The position numbers and the translations under genes were made by a program. A stretch of 64,000 nt of DNA from NCBI GenBank assembly GCA_963762145.1, contig CAVXJS010000017.1:52741-116740 (forward strand), written 5' to 3'. Shown here in pieces: positions 37,836-48,029 of the stretch (position 1 is its first letter; each line of letters starts with the position of its first letter). Below the pieces are notes generated by a model that did no database searches, was not told the DNA's origin, and worked only from the letters and a program-made list of their open reading frames with translations. Source of the stretch: an uncultured Candidatus Rokubacteria bacterium (lineage in GTDB: Bacteria; Methylomirabilota; Methylomirabilia; Rokubacteriales; CSP1-6).

Positions 37836-38201
37836 GTGACCATACGATTGATTCGGTGTGTGGCGCTGGCGGGCCTGCTGCTCTCGTCTCCCGCCGCGGG
37901 CCAGGCCCAGGACGCAGCGACCACGTCCCTGCGAGTCCGGTGGGACGTGGATCAGCCGGTCGCCGGCCTCCTGACGGTCTGCGGGCGCGTGTTCAACGAC
38001 CGACCCATGACCGCCGTCGGCGTTCGAGTGCGGGCCGAGGGCCTCGATCAGAGTGGCGCCGTGGTGAGTCAGCGCGAGGGGCAGGTGCTCGGCCAGATCT
38101 CGTCTGGCAGTGCCGGGCTCTTTTGCATCACCATGGCCGCAGGTCCGGCGACGTTCCGCGTCACCGTGATCAGCGCCGGCTGGACCAGCGACGGCTCCTG
38201 A
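37836..38201 (+). CDS. Exported Ig-like (FxLYD-like) protein
   Basis: Signal peptide; V.GRVFN...VRVRAEGLDQSGAVV pattern. Confidence 0.65.
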   Translation: MTIRLIRCVALAGLLLSSPAAGQAQDAATTSLRVRWDVDQPVAGLLTVCGRVFNDRPMTAVGVRVRAEGLDQSGAVVSQREGQVLGQISSGSAGLFCITMAAGPATFRVTVISAGWTSDGS

Positions 38202-38248
38202 GCCGCAGTTCACGCGGCCAACGGTCGACCAGAACCAGGAGGCAATGA

Positions 38249-38635
38249 ATGGCACGCACCGCGATCCAACCCAGCGACATGGCGGATCCTCGGCCCCGCT
38301 ACACCCATGGCTGGCGCGTCGGCAACACGGTCTACGTCGCCGGTCAGCTCGCGCTCGACAAGGACGGCAAGCTCGTCGGGCCGAACGATATTCGCGCCCA
38401 GACCCGACGCGTCCTGGAGAACATGCGCCGCGTCCTCGAGGGCGGTAAGGCGAGCCTCGCGGACGTGGTGAAGGTGACCGTGTTCGTGACGGACATCCGG
38501 TACCGGGAAAGCTACGGTGAGGTGCGTCAGGAGTTCTTCCCCGCCAACCCGCCGGCCAGCACCCTGGTGCAGGTGGCCTGTCTCGCCATCCCCGGTGCGC
38601 TGATCGAGATCGAGGCGGTGGCCGTGATCGACTAG
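38249..38635 (+). CDS. RidA/YjgF family protein
   Basis: VYVAGQ, DVVKVTVF.TD, PASTLVQV..L..PGALIEIEAVA. Confidence 0.93.
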   Translation: MARTAIQPSDMADPRPRYTHGWRVGNTVYVAGQLALDKDGKLVGPNDIRAQTRRVLENMRRVLEGGKASLADVVKVTVFVTDIRYRESYGEVRQEFFPANPPASTLVQVACLAIPGALIEIEAVAVID

Positions 38636-39039
38636 AGGCCCGCCATCTGGCAGACGATCCGCCACTCGGCCTCCGAGACCGGCTGGACCGACAGGCGGGG
38701 GATCCTGGCCAGCGCCATGCCGGCGAGGCGCCGGTCCGCCTTGATCTGATCGAGGCCGACCGGGGTGGGGAGCGCCTTCACCGCGGCGACGTCGACGGCG
38801 CGCCAGGCGGAGTCGGTCGAGTCCGGGTGCGCCTCCGCGATCACCCGGACGATGCCGACGATCGCGCGCTCCTTGCCGGTGTGGTAGAAGAACGCCTGCT
38901 CGCCCTTCTTCATGGCGCGCAGGTGCTTCTGGGCCGAGTGGTTGCGGATGCCCGTCCATTCCGCGCCGTCGCGCCCCTTCGCGACCTGCGCGGCCCACGA
39001 CCAGTCGTCCGGCTCGGATTTCAGGAGCCAATGAGCCAT
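38632..39039 (-). CDS. EVE domain protein
   Basis: HWLLKSEP..WS, WTGIRN..A..HLRAMK.G..AFFYH, RLSVQPV. Confidence 0.95.
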   Translation of the reverse strand: MAHWLLKSEPDDWSWAAQVAKGRDGAEWTGIRNHSAQKHLRAMKKGEQAFFYHTGKERAIVGIVRVIAEAHPDSTDSAWRAVDVAAVKALPTPVGLDQIKADRRLAGMALARIPRLSVQPVSEAEWRIVCQMAGL

Positions 39040-39157
39040 GGCACTCCATCCTCTTTACTACACCTGCACGAAGTCCGGCAACGGCCCCGTTGCGGGCGCC
39101 GATCCCGCAACTTGACAGGACTCGATCGGCGCGGACACTCCAGAGCAGGAGGGCGCG

Positions 39158-39604
39158 ATGACGACGAGATCAGGGCCGTTCTGGGATGGGGTCGAAGGGC
39201 GAGCGCCGATACCGCGTGCCGCAGCCACGCTGGGGCTCGAGTTCATCGGCGCGGACCCGGAGAAGGGCACGATCGAGCTCGCGTTCGCGGCGAAGGAGGA
39301 CTTCACCAATCCGGCGGGCAACGTGCTCGGGGCGTTCGTCGCGGCGATGCTCTACGACACGGTGGGACCGGCCCTGCTCGCGACCCTCGAGCCCGACCAG
39401 TTCCAGTCGACGGTGGAGATGAACGTGAGCTTCTTGCGGCCGGTTCGCCCCGGACGGGTGATCGGCAAGGGACGCGTCGTTCACCGGGATGGCGACATGG
39501 CGTTTCTCGAGGCCTCGCTGCTCGACGGTCACGGGACCCTCATCGCCACCGCCACCGCGACCGCTCGGGTCATCGACCTCGCCCGGGCCCGGTCCGCGCC
39601 CTAG
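39158..39604 (+). CDS. PaaI family thioesterase (hotdog fold)
   Basis: FTNPAGNVLGAFVAAML.DTVGPA, FLRPVRPG. Confidence 0.88.
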   Translation: MTTRSGPFWDGVEGRAPIPRAAATLGLEFIGADPEKGTIELAFAAKEDFTNPAGNVLGAFVAAMLYDTVGPALLATLEPDQFQSTVEMNVSFLRPVRPGRVIGKGRVVHRDGDMAFLEASLLDGHGTLIATATATARVIDLARARSAP

Positions 39605-39613
39605 GAGCGGGAG

Positions 39614-40018
39614 ATGACCCGGATGAGTGATGACGAGCGCCAGATCCGGCAGGTCGTGGCGACCTGGATGGCGGCCACGAGGACGGGAGACCTCGACGCC
39701 GTCCTGAGCCTGATGGCGGAGGACGTGGTGTTCCTGCGGGCCGGGCACCCGCCGATGATCGGCAAGGCCGCCTACGCGGCCGCGGCCGCGCAGGCAGGCT
39801 CGGTGCGGTTCGACGGGACGAGCGACATCCAGGAGATCCAGGTGGTCGGCGACTGGGCCTTCATGTGGACGAAGCTGACCGTCGCGGTCACGCCGCCGGC
39901 CGGCGCCCCGATGACGCTGGCCGGGCCCGTCCTGTCCGTGCTCCGGCGCGAGGAAGGCCGGTGGGTCCTGGCGCGCGACGCGAACATGCTGACGCCCACG
40001 CCCGCCGTCAGCGCGTGA
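39614..40018 (+). CDS. SgcJ/EcaC (YybH, NTF2-like) family protein
   Basis: DERQIRQVVATWMAA...GD...LMAEDVVFL, GDWAFMWT, WVLARDAN. Confidence 0.88.
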   Translation: MTRMSDDERQIRQVVATWMAATRTGDLDAVLSLMAEDVVFLRAGHPPMIGKAAYAAAAAQAGSVRFDGTSDIQEIQVVGDWAFMWTKLTVAVTPPAGAPMTLAGPVLSVLRREEGRWVLARDANMLTPTPAVSA

Positions 40019-40090
40019 TGCGGATCGTCGTCGGTATATGATGGCCGACACCGCGACTGCGAGATCGTATCTGCCGGACGGGAGGAAGCC

Positions 40091-41144
40091 ATGAAGGGTG
40101 TCGTGTTCCTCGGAGACCGCAAGCTGGAGCTCAGGGAGTTCGCCGACCCGACCCCGGGGGCCCGGGACGTCATCCTCGAGATCAAGGCCTCGGGCATGTG
40201 CGGCAGCGACCTGCACAACTATCGCGCCCCGGCCCAGCCGGCCGGCGCGGTGACCGGGGGCATCAAGCGGCAGGCCGGGGTGATCGCCGGCCACGAGCCC
40301 TGCGGCGTGGTGGCGGCGCTGGGCGCCGGCGTGACCGAGAAGGAGGCGCGGGTCGGCCAGCGCGTGATGGACCATCACTACGACGGCTGCGGCACCTGCA
40401 AGCACTGCCGGGCAGGCTGGACGCAGATGTGTCTCGAGGGAACGGTGGTGTATGGCTCGGGCGGGAACGGCGGGCACGCCCGGTACATGAAGGTGCCGGT
40501 GTCCACGCTGGTGCCCCTGCCGGACTCGCTCTCCTTCGTGACCGGCGCGGCGATCTCCTGCGGCACCGGCACCGCCTGGGGCGCGCTCCGGCGGGTGAAC
40601 CTGCAGGGCGGGGAGACGATCGCCATCTTCGGCCAGGGCCCGGTGGGCCTCTCGGCGACGCAGCTCGCGGTGGTGATGGGCGCGCGCGTCCTCGCCATCG
40701 ACGTCGCTCCGGAGCGGCGCCGGCTCGCGCGCGAGTTCGGAGCCCACGAGGTCATCGATCCCGGCGCCGGCGACGTGGTGGCGGCGATCCGCGACCTGAC
40801 CCACGGGGAAGGCGCTCACAAGACGCTCGACGCCTCCTCGGCGCCGGAGGCGCGGGCCGCGGCGGTGCGCTCGGTGCGGTCGTGGGGGACCGCCTGCTTC
40901 GTCGGCGAGCGCGGCCAGGTGACGCTGGACGTGAGCCCCGGATCTCCTGCGCCGGCAGGTGACGCTCGTGGGCTCCTGGACGTTCTCGAAGCAGGGACAG
41001 GCCGAATGCGCCGAGTTCGTGGCGGACCGACGCGTGGAGGTGGAGAAGCTCTTCACGCACCGCTGGAAGCTCGACCAGGCGGAGGAGGCCTACAAGCTCT
41101 TCGACACGCAGACGACGGGCAAGGCGGTCATCCTGCCGGCCTGA
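40091..41144 (+). CDS. Zinc-binding MDR dehydrogenase (frameshift near 40938)
   Basis: GMCGSDLH, GHE, CGTCKHC..C, GQGPVG; C-terminus VTLVGSWTFS..GKAVI in shifted frame. Confidence 0.92.
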
Positions 41145-42222
41145 GCGAGGGGACCTTCTTCCAGGCGCGCACCACCGGCAGGACCTCCTTCGCGTAGAGG
41201 CGCAGCCCGGATTCGGCCAGGTCGAGCGGGGTGCCGCCGAAGCGGAACGAGGTGGCCAGCTCGAAGTCGCCCACGATGGTCCGCCGCTCCTCGAGCGTGC
41301 GCAGGATGCGGTCGGGCGTGCCCCACACCGCGGCCTGCATGAAGGCGGAGACGATCCCGTCCATCCCGATCTCCCGGGCCATCGCGATCTTCTGCGCGTA
41401 GGCGTCGTACCCCTTCACGGTGCTGAAGTGGGGGCCCAGCAGCTCGTAGTGATAGAAGTTGCTCTCCACGAACTTCCCCATGTACCGGCGGGCCGTCTCC
41501 TCCGCGCCGTCCATGGTGGGCGTGCACACGCAGAAGTCGGCCAGCAGGGGAGGCCCCGCCTCCTTGCCGTGCATCTCGCGCACCAGGTCGCGGTGCTTCT
41601 GGATGGCCGGCATGCGCATGGGCCAGGGCCGGTCGGCGAACATGACCATTCTCGCGTCGAGGCGGGCGGCCGAGACCACCGAGTCGTCCGACGAGGCCAC
41701 CGCGTACACGCGGTCGTCGAAGGTCCGCGTCGGACGCGGGCGGATCTCGGTCCGCGGCTGCGGATAGAACGGCCCGTCGCCCTCCATGAACCCGGTGCGG
41801 AGGCCCCGCAGGATCATCGCCGCGGCCTCATCGAACCGGCCTCGCGACTCGTCCATGGTGCCGCGGAAGGCCTCGAACTCCCGCCGCGCGAGGCCGCGGC
41901 CCATGCCGAGGCGGAGACGGCCGCGGCTCAGGTGGTCGAGGACGGACGCCTGCTCGGCGACGCGCAGCGGATCGTGCCAGGGCAGGATCACGGCGGCGGT
42001 GCCCAGGCCGACCTCCGGGCACTCCGCGGCCAGATAGGACATGAGCTGCAGGTTGTCCGGGCAGAACGAGTAGTCGTTCCCGTGGTGCTCAACCGACCAC
42101 AGTACGTCGAAGCCGAGGCCGGCGGCCAGGCGCGCGAGGCGCAGCTCCTCGTCCCAGGCCTGCTCGTCCGATACGTCGCTCCACCCGTAGGTGGCGAAGA
42201 TCATCTGCAGGCCGACGTCCAT
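41128..42222 (-). CDS. LLM class flavin-dependent oxidoreductase
   Basis: GFDVLWSVEHH, LPWHDPLRVAEQ..LDHLSRGR..LGMGRG. Confidence 0.93.
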   Translation of the reverse strand: MDVGLQMIFATYGWSDVSDEQAWDEELRLARLAAGLGFDVLWSVEHHGNDYSFCPDNLQLMSYLAAECPEVGLGTAAVILPWHDPLRVAEQASVLDHLSRGRLRLGMGRGLARREFEAFRGTMDESRGRFDEAAAMILRGLRTGFMEGDGPFYPQPRTEIRPRPTRTFDDRVYAVASSDDSVVSAARLDARMVMFADRPWPMRMPAIQKHRDLVREMHGKEAGPPLLADFCVCTPTMDGAEETARRYMGKFVESNFYHYELLGPHFSTVKGYDAYAQKIAMAREIGMDGIVSAFMQAAVWGTPDRILRTLEERRTIVGDFELATSFRFGGTPLDLAESGLRLYAKEVLPVVRAWKKVPSLRPAG

Positions 42223-42287
42223 CGCGTCCTCCCGGGAGCCATGATTTCATAACAATTGGGCCTACGCTACGCTGGAGAGGAACGACG

Positions 42288-42563
42288 ATGAGATCTCCGC
42301 GTGGGTCGAGCAGGGGTGTTCTCGTGGCGGCGGGGCTTCTGGCGCTCTGCGGCTGTACGACCACGTGGTCTCGACCCCACACGTCCATCGCGGAGTTCCA
42401 GCGCGACGACAGCGCGTGCCGGCACATGAGCACGCGCATCGTCGTGGTCTCGCCGGCGCTGACGCGTGACTACGTGGGCCCGACCCAGTACCGGCGCTGC
42501 ATGGAGGACGAAGGCTACACGATCGGGGGCTCGTGGCCGGGATCGGCGGGGTGGATGGACTGA
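42288..42563 (+). CDS. Small lipoprotein
   Basis: Lipobox LCG-C; W.RP..FQRD..AC ... YRRCMEDEGY; SD present. Confidence 0.75.
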   Translation: MRSPRGSSRGVLVAAGLLALCGCTTTWSRPHTSIAEFQRDDSACRHMSTRIVVVSPALTRDYVGPTQYRRCMEDEGYTIGGSWPGSAGWMD

Positions 42564-42565
42564 CG

Positions 42566-43229
42566 CTACCGTCCGGCGAGGGCGCGGTTCTCCAGCCGGC
42601 TCAGGAGCCGGACGACGGGCCAGAGCATCGCGAAGTAAATGATCGCCGCCACCACGATCGGGGTCGGGTTGTAGGTGATGCTCTGCGCCTGGCGCGCCTG
42701 GTAGAGGAGCTCGGGTACCGCCACCACGCTGCCGAGCGAGGTGAGCTTCACCACCTCGAGCGTGTTGGAGAGCAGATCCGGCAACACGTTGCGCACCGCC
42801 TGGGGCAGCACGACGTAGGCCATGGCCTGCAGGCGCGAGAGGCCGGTGGAGCGCGCGGCCTCGACCTGGCCCGCCGGCACGGAATCGATGCCCGCTCTCA
42901 GAATCTCGCCGTAGTAGGCGCCGGTGTTGAGGAAGAAGGCGATGGCCACGCAGGCGAAGCCGCCCAGCTCGAGCCCCGCGAACGGCAGGCCCGCGAACAG
43001 GAGGACGAGGAGCACCAGAGGCGGGAAGGCGCGGAAGAAATCGACCCACGCCATCAGCGGCCAGCGCACGCACGGGATACTTCACGCTCGCGAGCAGCGC
43101 CAGGATCAGCCCGCCGAACAGGCCGAGCGGGACCACGAGCAGCGACAGCAGCACGGTGTTCCGGAGCCCCGCGAGCACGATCGGCCAGGACGCGACGATG
43201 ATCTCCGGGTTGAAGAAGGTCTGGATCAT
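42566..43229 (-). CDS. Polar amino acid ABC permease (frameshift near 43072)
   Basis: MIQTFFNPE..; FRAFPPLV; [24 protein letters not shown]; VVLPQA. Confidence 0.92.
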
Positions 43230-43909
43230 CGCTTCCACGCGAACTTCGTCTCGACCCAGCGGCCCGCTACCACGACGGGGAAGAAGAGGACGAGGTAGGC
43301 CGCGGCGCCCATCATCAGCGGCGAGGGATTGTAGGAGTTGGACATCGCCGAGCTCGCCTGGCCCAGGATCTCGGTGACCGCGACGACGGTGCCGAGCGCG
43401 GTGCCCTTGGTGATGGCGATGGTGCGGTTGGTGAGCGGGGGAATGGTGAGCCGGAGGGCCTGGGGCAGCACGACGTTCATCAGGGTCTGGCCGAACGAGA
43501 GGCCGGTCGAGCGCGCGGCCTCCCACTGGCCTCTGGCCACCGAGGTGATGCCGGCCCAGAAGATCTCCTCCGAGAAGGCCATCAGCACGAAGGCCAGCGA
43601 CAGCCAGGTCGAGACGAAGCCGGAGGGCGAGAGATCGATGCTGGGCAGGCCGAAATAGATCAGCACGATGATGACCAGGGGCGGCAGCGAGCGGAACAGG
43701 TCGACGAGGAAGATGATCAGCCAGTTGAGCGGCCGGACGCCGAGGCTCCGGAGCAGCGCCAGGGCCAGGCCGGCGCCGATGCCGGTGACGACGATGAGGA
43801 CGGCGAGCTCGATCGTGACCACCACGCCGGACAGGATGTCCGGCAGGTACCGGAGCATGACCTTCGCGTTGAAGAAGGTGTCGGTGAAGCGCTCCCAGTT
43901 GCCGCTCAA
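43226..43909 (-). CDS. Polar amino acid ABC permease
   Basis: [32 protein letters not shown]. Confidence 0.93.
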   Translation of the reverse strand: MSGNWERFTDTFFNAKVMLRYLPDILSGVVVTIELAVLIVVTGIGAGLALALLRSLGVRPLNWLIIFLVDLFRSLPPLVIIVLIYFGLPSIDLSPSGFVSTWLSLAFVLMAFSEEIFWAGITSVARGQWEAARSTGLSFGQTLMNVVLPQALRLTIPPLTNRTIAITKGTALGTVVAVTEILGQASSAMSNSYNPSPLMMGAAAYLVLFFPVVVAGRWVETKFAWKR

Positions 43910-44645
43910 TGCCGCTGGATCTGGCCGATGAAGGCTCGGGTGCGCTCGTGGGCCGGGGCCTCGAAGATCGCGGCGGGCGGCCCCTCCTCCACGATGGCCC
44001 CCTCGTCCATGAACACGACCCGGTCCGCCGCGTTGCGGGCGAAGCCCATCTCGTGGCTGACCACGATCATGGTCATGCCGCTCTCGCGCAGGGAGCGCAT
44101 GACCTCGAGCACCGAGCCCACCAGCTCCGGATCGAGCGCGCTGGTCGGCTCGTCGAACAGCATGACCCGGGGCTCGAGCGCGATCGCGCGCGCGATGGCC
44201 ACCCGCTGCTGCTGGCCGCCCGAGAGCTGGCCCGGGGTGTGGCCGGCGCGGTCGGCGAGGCCGACCCGCTCCAGCGCGGCCCGTCCCAGCGCCTCGGCCT
44301 CGACCCGCGACTTCCCCGCGACCTTGCGGAGCGCGAGGGTCACGTTGCCGAGCGCGGTCATGTGCGGATAGAGGTTGAAGGACTGGAACACCATGCCGAT
44401 GCGCTGGCGGGCGTGGTTGATGTCCGTCCGCGGGTCGAGCATGTCGATGCCGTCCACCACGACCTGGCCGGAGGACGGCTCCTCCAGCCGGTTGAGGCAG
44501 CGCAGCAGGGTCGACTTGCCGGAGCCCGACGGCCCGATGACGAAGACCAGCTCGCGTTCGGCCACCCGGAGATCGACGCCCTTCAGCACGTGAAGGGCGC
44601 CGAAGTGCTTGTGGATGCCCGCGCGCGTCGACGATCGGCCGCCAT
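43906..44645 (-). CDS. Polar amino acid ABC ATP-binding protein (GlnQ-like; indels in first codons)
   Basis: [50 protein letters not shown]. Confidence 0.93.
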
Positions 44646-44653
44646 CCCTCAGG

Positions 44654-45505
44654 TCAGTTGCACCTGAGCTCGTGCGGCGTCGGGTCGTAGCCCGGCATGC
44701 CCGGCACGCCGTAGCCGGGCGTGATCACCACCTCGAGGCCGTCGGCGGGCGGCTTGCGGCCGAACCACTTCTCGGACATCTTGGCGATCGTGCCGTCCTT
44801 CTTCATGCAGTCGAGCGCATCCTGCAGCTCGGCGCGGAGCTTCGGGTTGCTCTTCGGCACCGGCGCGGCCCAGTGGGCGCGGGTGTCCTTGAGCTCGAGG
44901 TCGGCCACGAACTGGGGGTTCTTCGACGCGGCGTAGACGATGGTGGTGTTGCCCCCGAGCGTCGCGTAGGCGCGGCCCGACAGGACGGCCTGCGTGGCGT
45001 CCGGCTGGGTGTCGTAGACCTGCACCGTGAAGCCGTGCTCGGCGGCCTTGGCCTTGGACAGCGTCTCGTAGGGCGTGCCCTTGTTGACGGACACCGACTT
45101 GCCCTTGAGATCGGCCCAGTCCTTGATCGGCTCCGAGCCCTTCTTGATGCCGAACTGGTAGGCGGTCCAGAGATAGCCCGCGGTGAACAGCATGTTCTCC
45201 GCCCGCTCCTTCGTCACCGTCGTGGGCGCGGCGATGAAGTCGTAGCGGCCGGACTGCATGCCCGGGATCAGGGTCGAGAAGCTCACCGCGTCGATGCTGA
45301 TCTCGCGCTTCATCCGGCGCGCCACCTCGGTGAAGAGGTCGATCTGGAAGCCCTCGACGCCGCCGCCCATCTTGGGCATCGCGTGCGGCGCGAAGGTGCC
45401 GTCGACGCCCGTCCGGAGCGGGGGTAGCTTCTCCTGGGCGAGCGCGGGGCCCGCGCAGAACATGGCTCCCAGTGCAATGGCGGCAAGGCGACGTCGCATC
45501 ATCAT
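44654..45505 (-). CDS. Polar amino acid ABC substrate-binding protein (SBP_bac_3)
   Basis: Signal peptide; [33 protein letters not shown]. Confidence 0.92.
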   Translation of the reverse strand: MMMRRRLAAIALGAMFCAGPALAQEKLPPLRTGVDGTFAPHAMPKMGGGVEGFQIDLFTEVARRMKREISIDAVSFSTLIPGMQSGRYDFIAAPTTVTKERAENMLFTAGYLWTAYQFGIKKGSEPIKDWADLKGKSVSVNKGTPYETLSKAKAAEHGFTVQVYDTQPDATQAVLSGRAYATLGGNTTIVYAASKNPQFVADLELKDTRAHWAAPVPKSNPKLRAELQDALDCMKKDGTIAKMSEKWFGRKPPADGLEVVITPGYGVPGMPGYDPTPHELRCN

Positions 45506-45622
45506 GACCCTCCGTGGCGGTTGGAATCGCATCCCGGGGAGCATATCACCACGTGGGGCGATCCTCGCGCGCCGGGCTGCGCTATACTCCGGCCGGCTCA
45601 GGACCGAGCCAGGAGGCGTCCC

Positions 45623-46720
45623 ATGGAGATCAAGGCAGCCGTCTGCCGCGCGACGCACGCGCCGGTGGGCATCGAATCCATCGACATCGACCGACCCATG
45701 GGCCGCGAGGTGCTCGTCCGCACCGTCGCCACCGGGGTCTGCCACAGCGACCTGCACGTGGTCGACGGTGACGGCCGGTTCCCGCTCGACCGCGGCATCG
45801 TGCTGGGACACGAGGGGGCGGGCATCGTCGAGGCGGTCGGCGACCAGGTGACCGCGTTCCGTCCGGGCGACCACGTGGTGGCGTGTCTCTCCGGGTTCTG
45901 CGGGAGCTGCGCCCAGTGCCTCAGCGGGCACCCCAATGTCTGCGTCGGGGGGGCGGTGGCGCGCGGCGAGTCGGCGCCGCCCCGGCTGTCGAAGGAAGGG
46001 CACGGCATCCCGTCGTTCGCCGGTATCGGGAGCTACGCCGAGCGCATGCTCCTGCACGAGAACTCGGTGGTGAAGATCGACGACGACCTGCCGCTGGATC
46101 GGGCGGCCCTGGTGGGCTGCGGCGTCCTCACCGGCGTCGGTGCCGCGCTCCGCAGCGCGGGACTCGAGGCCGGGCAGACGGTGGCCGTCTTCGGCTGCGG
46201 CGGTGTCGGGCTGTCGATCGTGCAGGGGGCGCGCATCGGCGGCGCCCGGCAGATCATCGCGCTCGACCGGTTCGACGGCAAGCTCGAGATGGCGCGGCGG
46301 GTGGGCGCGACCCACGTCGTCAACACGTCGAAGGACGATCCGGTCGAGGCGGTGCGCTCGCTGACTGGCCGGGCCGGCGTGGACCACGCGTTCGAGGCCG
46401 TCGGCAACACGACCCTCGTGCGTCAGGCCATCGAGAGTCTGGCGGTCCGGGGCACCGCCACCATCGTCGGCGTGCTGCCGCCCGACGCGAAGATCGAGTT
46501 CCCCTGGATGGCCATCCGCCCCGAGTGTCGCGTGCAGACCTCGCGCATGGGCGGCAACCGCTTCCGCATCGACATTCCGCGGTATCTCGACTTCTACCGC
46601 CAGGGCCGCCTGCTGCTCGACGAGATGGTCACGCGCCGCGGCCGCCTCGACGACCTCAACGAGGCCTTCCGCGCGATGAAGGCGGGCGAGGTCGCCCGCA
46701 CCGTCTTGACCTTTGACTGA
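45623..46720 (+). CDS. Zn-dependent alcohol dehydrogenase (class III-like)
   Basis: GVCHSDLH, GHEGAG, CGSCAQC..C, GCGVLTG.GA, GCGGVG; SD AGGAGG. Confidence 0.94.
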   Translation: MEIKAAVCRATHAPVGIESIDIDRPMGREVLVRTVATGVCHSDLHVVDGDGRFPLDRGIVLGHEGAGIVEAVGDQVTAFRPGDHVVACLSGFCGSCAQCLSGHPNVCVGGAVARGESAPPRLSKEGHGIPSFAGIGSYAERMLLHENSVVKIDDDLPLDRAALVGCGVLTGVGAALRSAGLEAGQTVAVFGCGGVGLSIVQGARIGGARQIIALDRFDGKLEMARRVGATHVVNTSKDDPVEAVRSLTGRAGVDHAFEAVGNTTLVRQAIESLAVRGTATIVGVLPPDAKIEFPWMAIRPECRVQTSRMGGNRFRIDIPRYLDFYRQGRLLLDEMVTRRGRLDDLNEAFRAMKAGEVARTVLTFD

Positions 46721-46850
46721 GGGCGCGGGCGACTGAACGGGCTCCCGCCTCCCTTGACAGGCGGGTACCCTGCGGCACATCCTGTCGCGCGGCGGCAGCT
46801 GGCGGGCTCGAGAGAAGCGCACGGACCTGGTCAACGGAGAGGAGGCGGCA

Positions 46851-47957
46851 ATGAAGCTCTTCAGCGTCGGCAGGATCACGGTAGCGGTCCTGTTCGCCTC
46901 GATCGGGTTCGCGGTGGCCCAGACGGTGCCGGGCCCCACGTCCGAGAAGCCCTTCGACGAGAAGTGGGCGCCCTCGAAGTGGGGCGCGACCGACCGCGCC
47001 GGATCGGCCAATCACACGAACAACCCGGCGATGATCGCGCGCGCCCTCGCCACGATCAAGCAGAACAAGGCCATCACGATCGGGAAGTACTACCATAGCG
47101 AGGCCCCGGCCTTCGGCCCGCGGGGATGGCAGCTGAGCATTCCCGGCACGCCGACCGGAGGCCCCTTCGGCAAGAACGCGCTCGTCTACCATGACGAGCT
47201 CGTGACCACCGAGATCGGCCAGATCCAGACCCAGTTCGACGGTCCCGGACACATCGGCGTCAACACCTCGAAGGGCCCGATCATGTACAACGGGGTGAAC
47301 GCCTGGGAGGCCTACGAGCGCGGCGCTGGGGCCCGCGTGGTCGGCATGGGCCCCCTGGGAGTGGAGCACGTGGGCGAGCTCGGGTTCGTGTGCCGTCTCG
47401 TCGTGCTCGACGCCGTCGCCTACAAGAAGTCCAAGGGGTTGATCCCGGCCGGTGCCGAGATGCTGCCGATTCCCACCAAGCCTGGCGACCCCGGCATCGT
47501 GACCGCGGACGACGTCAGGGGTATCGTCCAGATGCAGCGCCTCCGGGAGATCGGCCCGGGCGACTGCGTGGCGCTGCACACCGGGCAGGGCAACAGCTGG
47601 AGCAACGACCGCTACAAGTCCATGAAACCCGAGCAGCGCAAGGCAGCCCGCGACCTCTTCAGTCAAGGCGAGCCCGGATTCGGGATCAGCGCCTGCGAAT
47701 ACATGGCAACGCGTGACATCGCGCTGACGTTGTGTGATACCTCCGCGTGCGATGCTCAGCCCTCGGGCGAACAGGGGCCGGATTTTGCGGTTCCCTGCCA
47801 CACCGAGATGCAGACGCGACGCGGTATCTGGAACATGGAGAACGTCGATACCAAGTCACTGGTCGACAAGAAGGTCCTGGAAGGAGCATTCATCTGGGCG
47901 CCCCTCCGCATCATCGGTGCCACCGGCTCGCCGGGCAACCCGATGGTCCTCTACTGA
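46851..47957 (+). CDS. Exported cyclase family (kynurenine formamidase-like) protein
   Basis: Signal peptide; WGATD..GSAN, TQFDGPGH, GDCVALHTG, GIWNMEN, APLRIIGATGSP. Confidence 0.88.
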   Translation: MKLFSVGRITVAVLFASIGFAVAQTVPGPTSEKPFDEKWAPSKWGATDRAGSANHTNNPAMIARALATIKQNKAITIGKYYHSEAPAFGPRGWQLSIPGTPTGGPFGKNALVYHDELVTTEIGQIQTQFDGPGHIGVNTSKGPIMYNGVNAWEAYERGAGARVVGMGPLGVEHVGELGFVCRLVVLDAVAYKKSKGLIPAGAEMLPIPTKPGDPGIVTADDVRGIVQMQRLREIGPGDCVALHTGQGNSWSNDRYKSMKPEQRKAARDLFSQGEPGFGISACEYMATRDIALTLCDTSACDAQPSGEQGPDFAVPCHTEMQTRRGIWNMENVDTKSLVDKKVLEGAFIWAPLRIIGATGSPGNPMVLY

Positions 47958-48029
47958 CCGAGCCAGAGCCTACGGCCGGCCCCGCGGCGGCTGCTCTCCG
48001 CGGTGCCGGCTGAGGCAACCGGAGCGCCG

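Noticed and set aside
38249-39039. EVE domain as part of a modification-dependent restriction system
   Set aside because: Stand-alone EVE with no nuclease or ATPase partner; convergent with an ordinary RidA gene.
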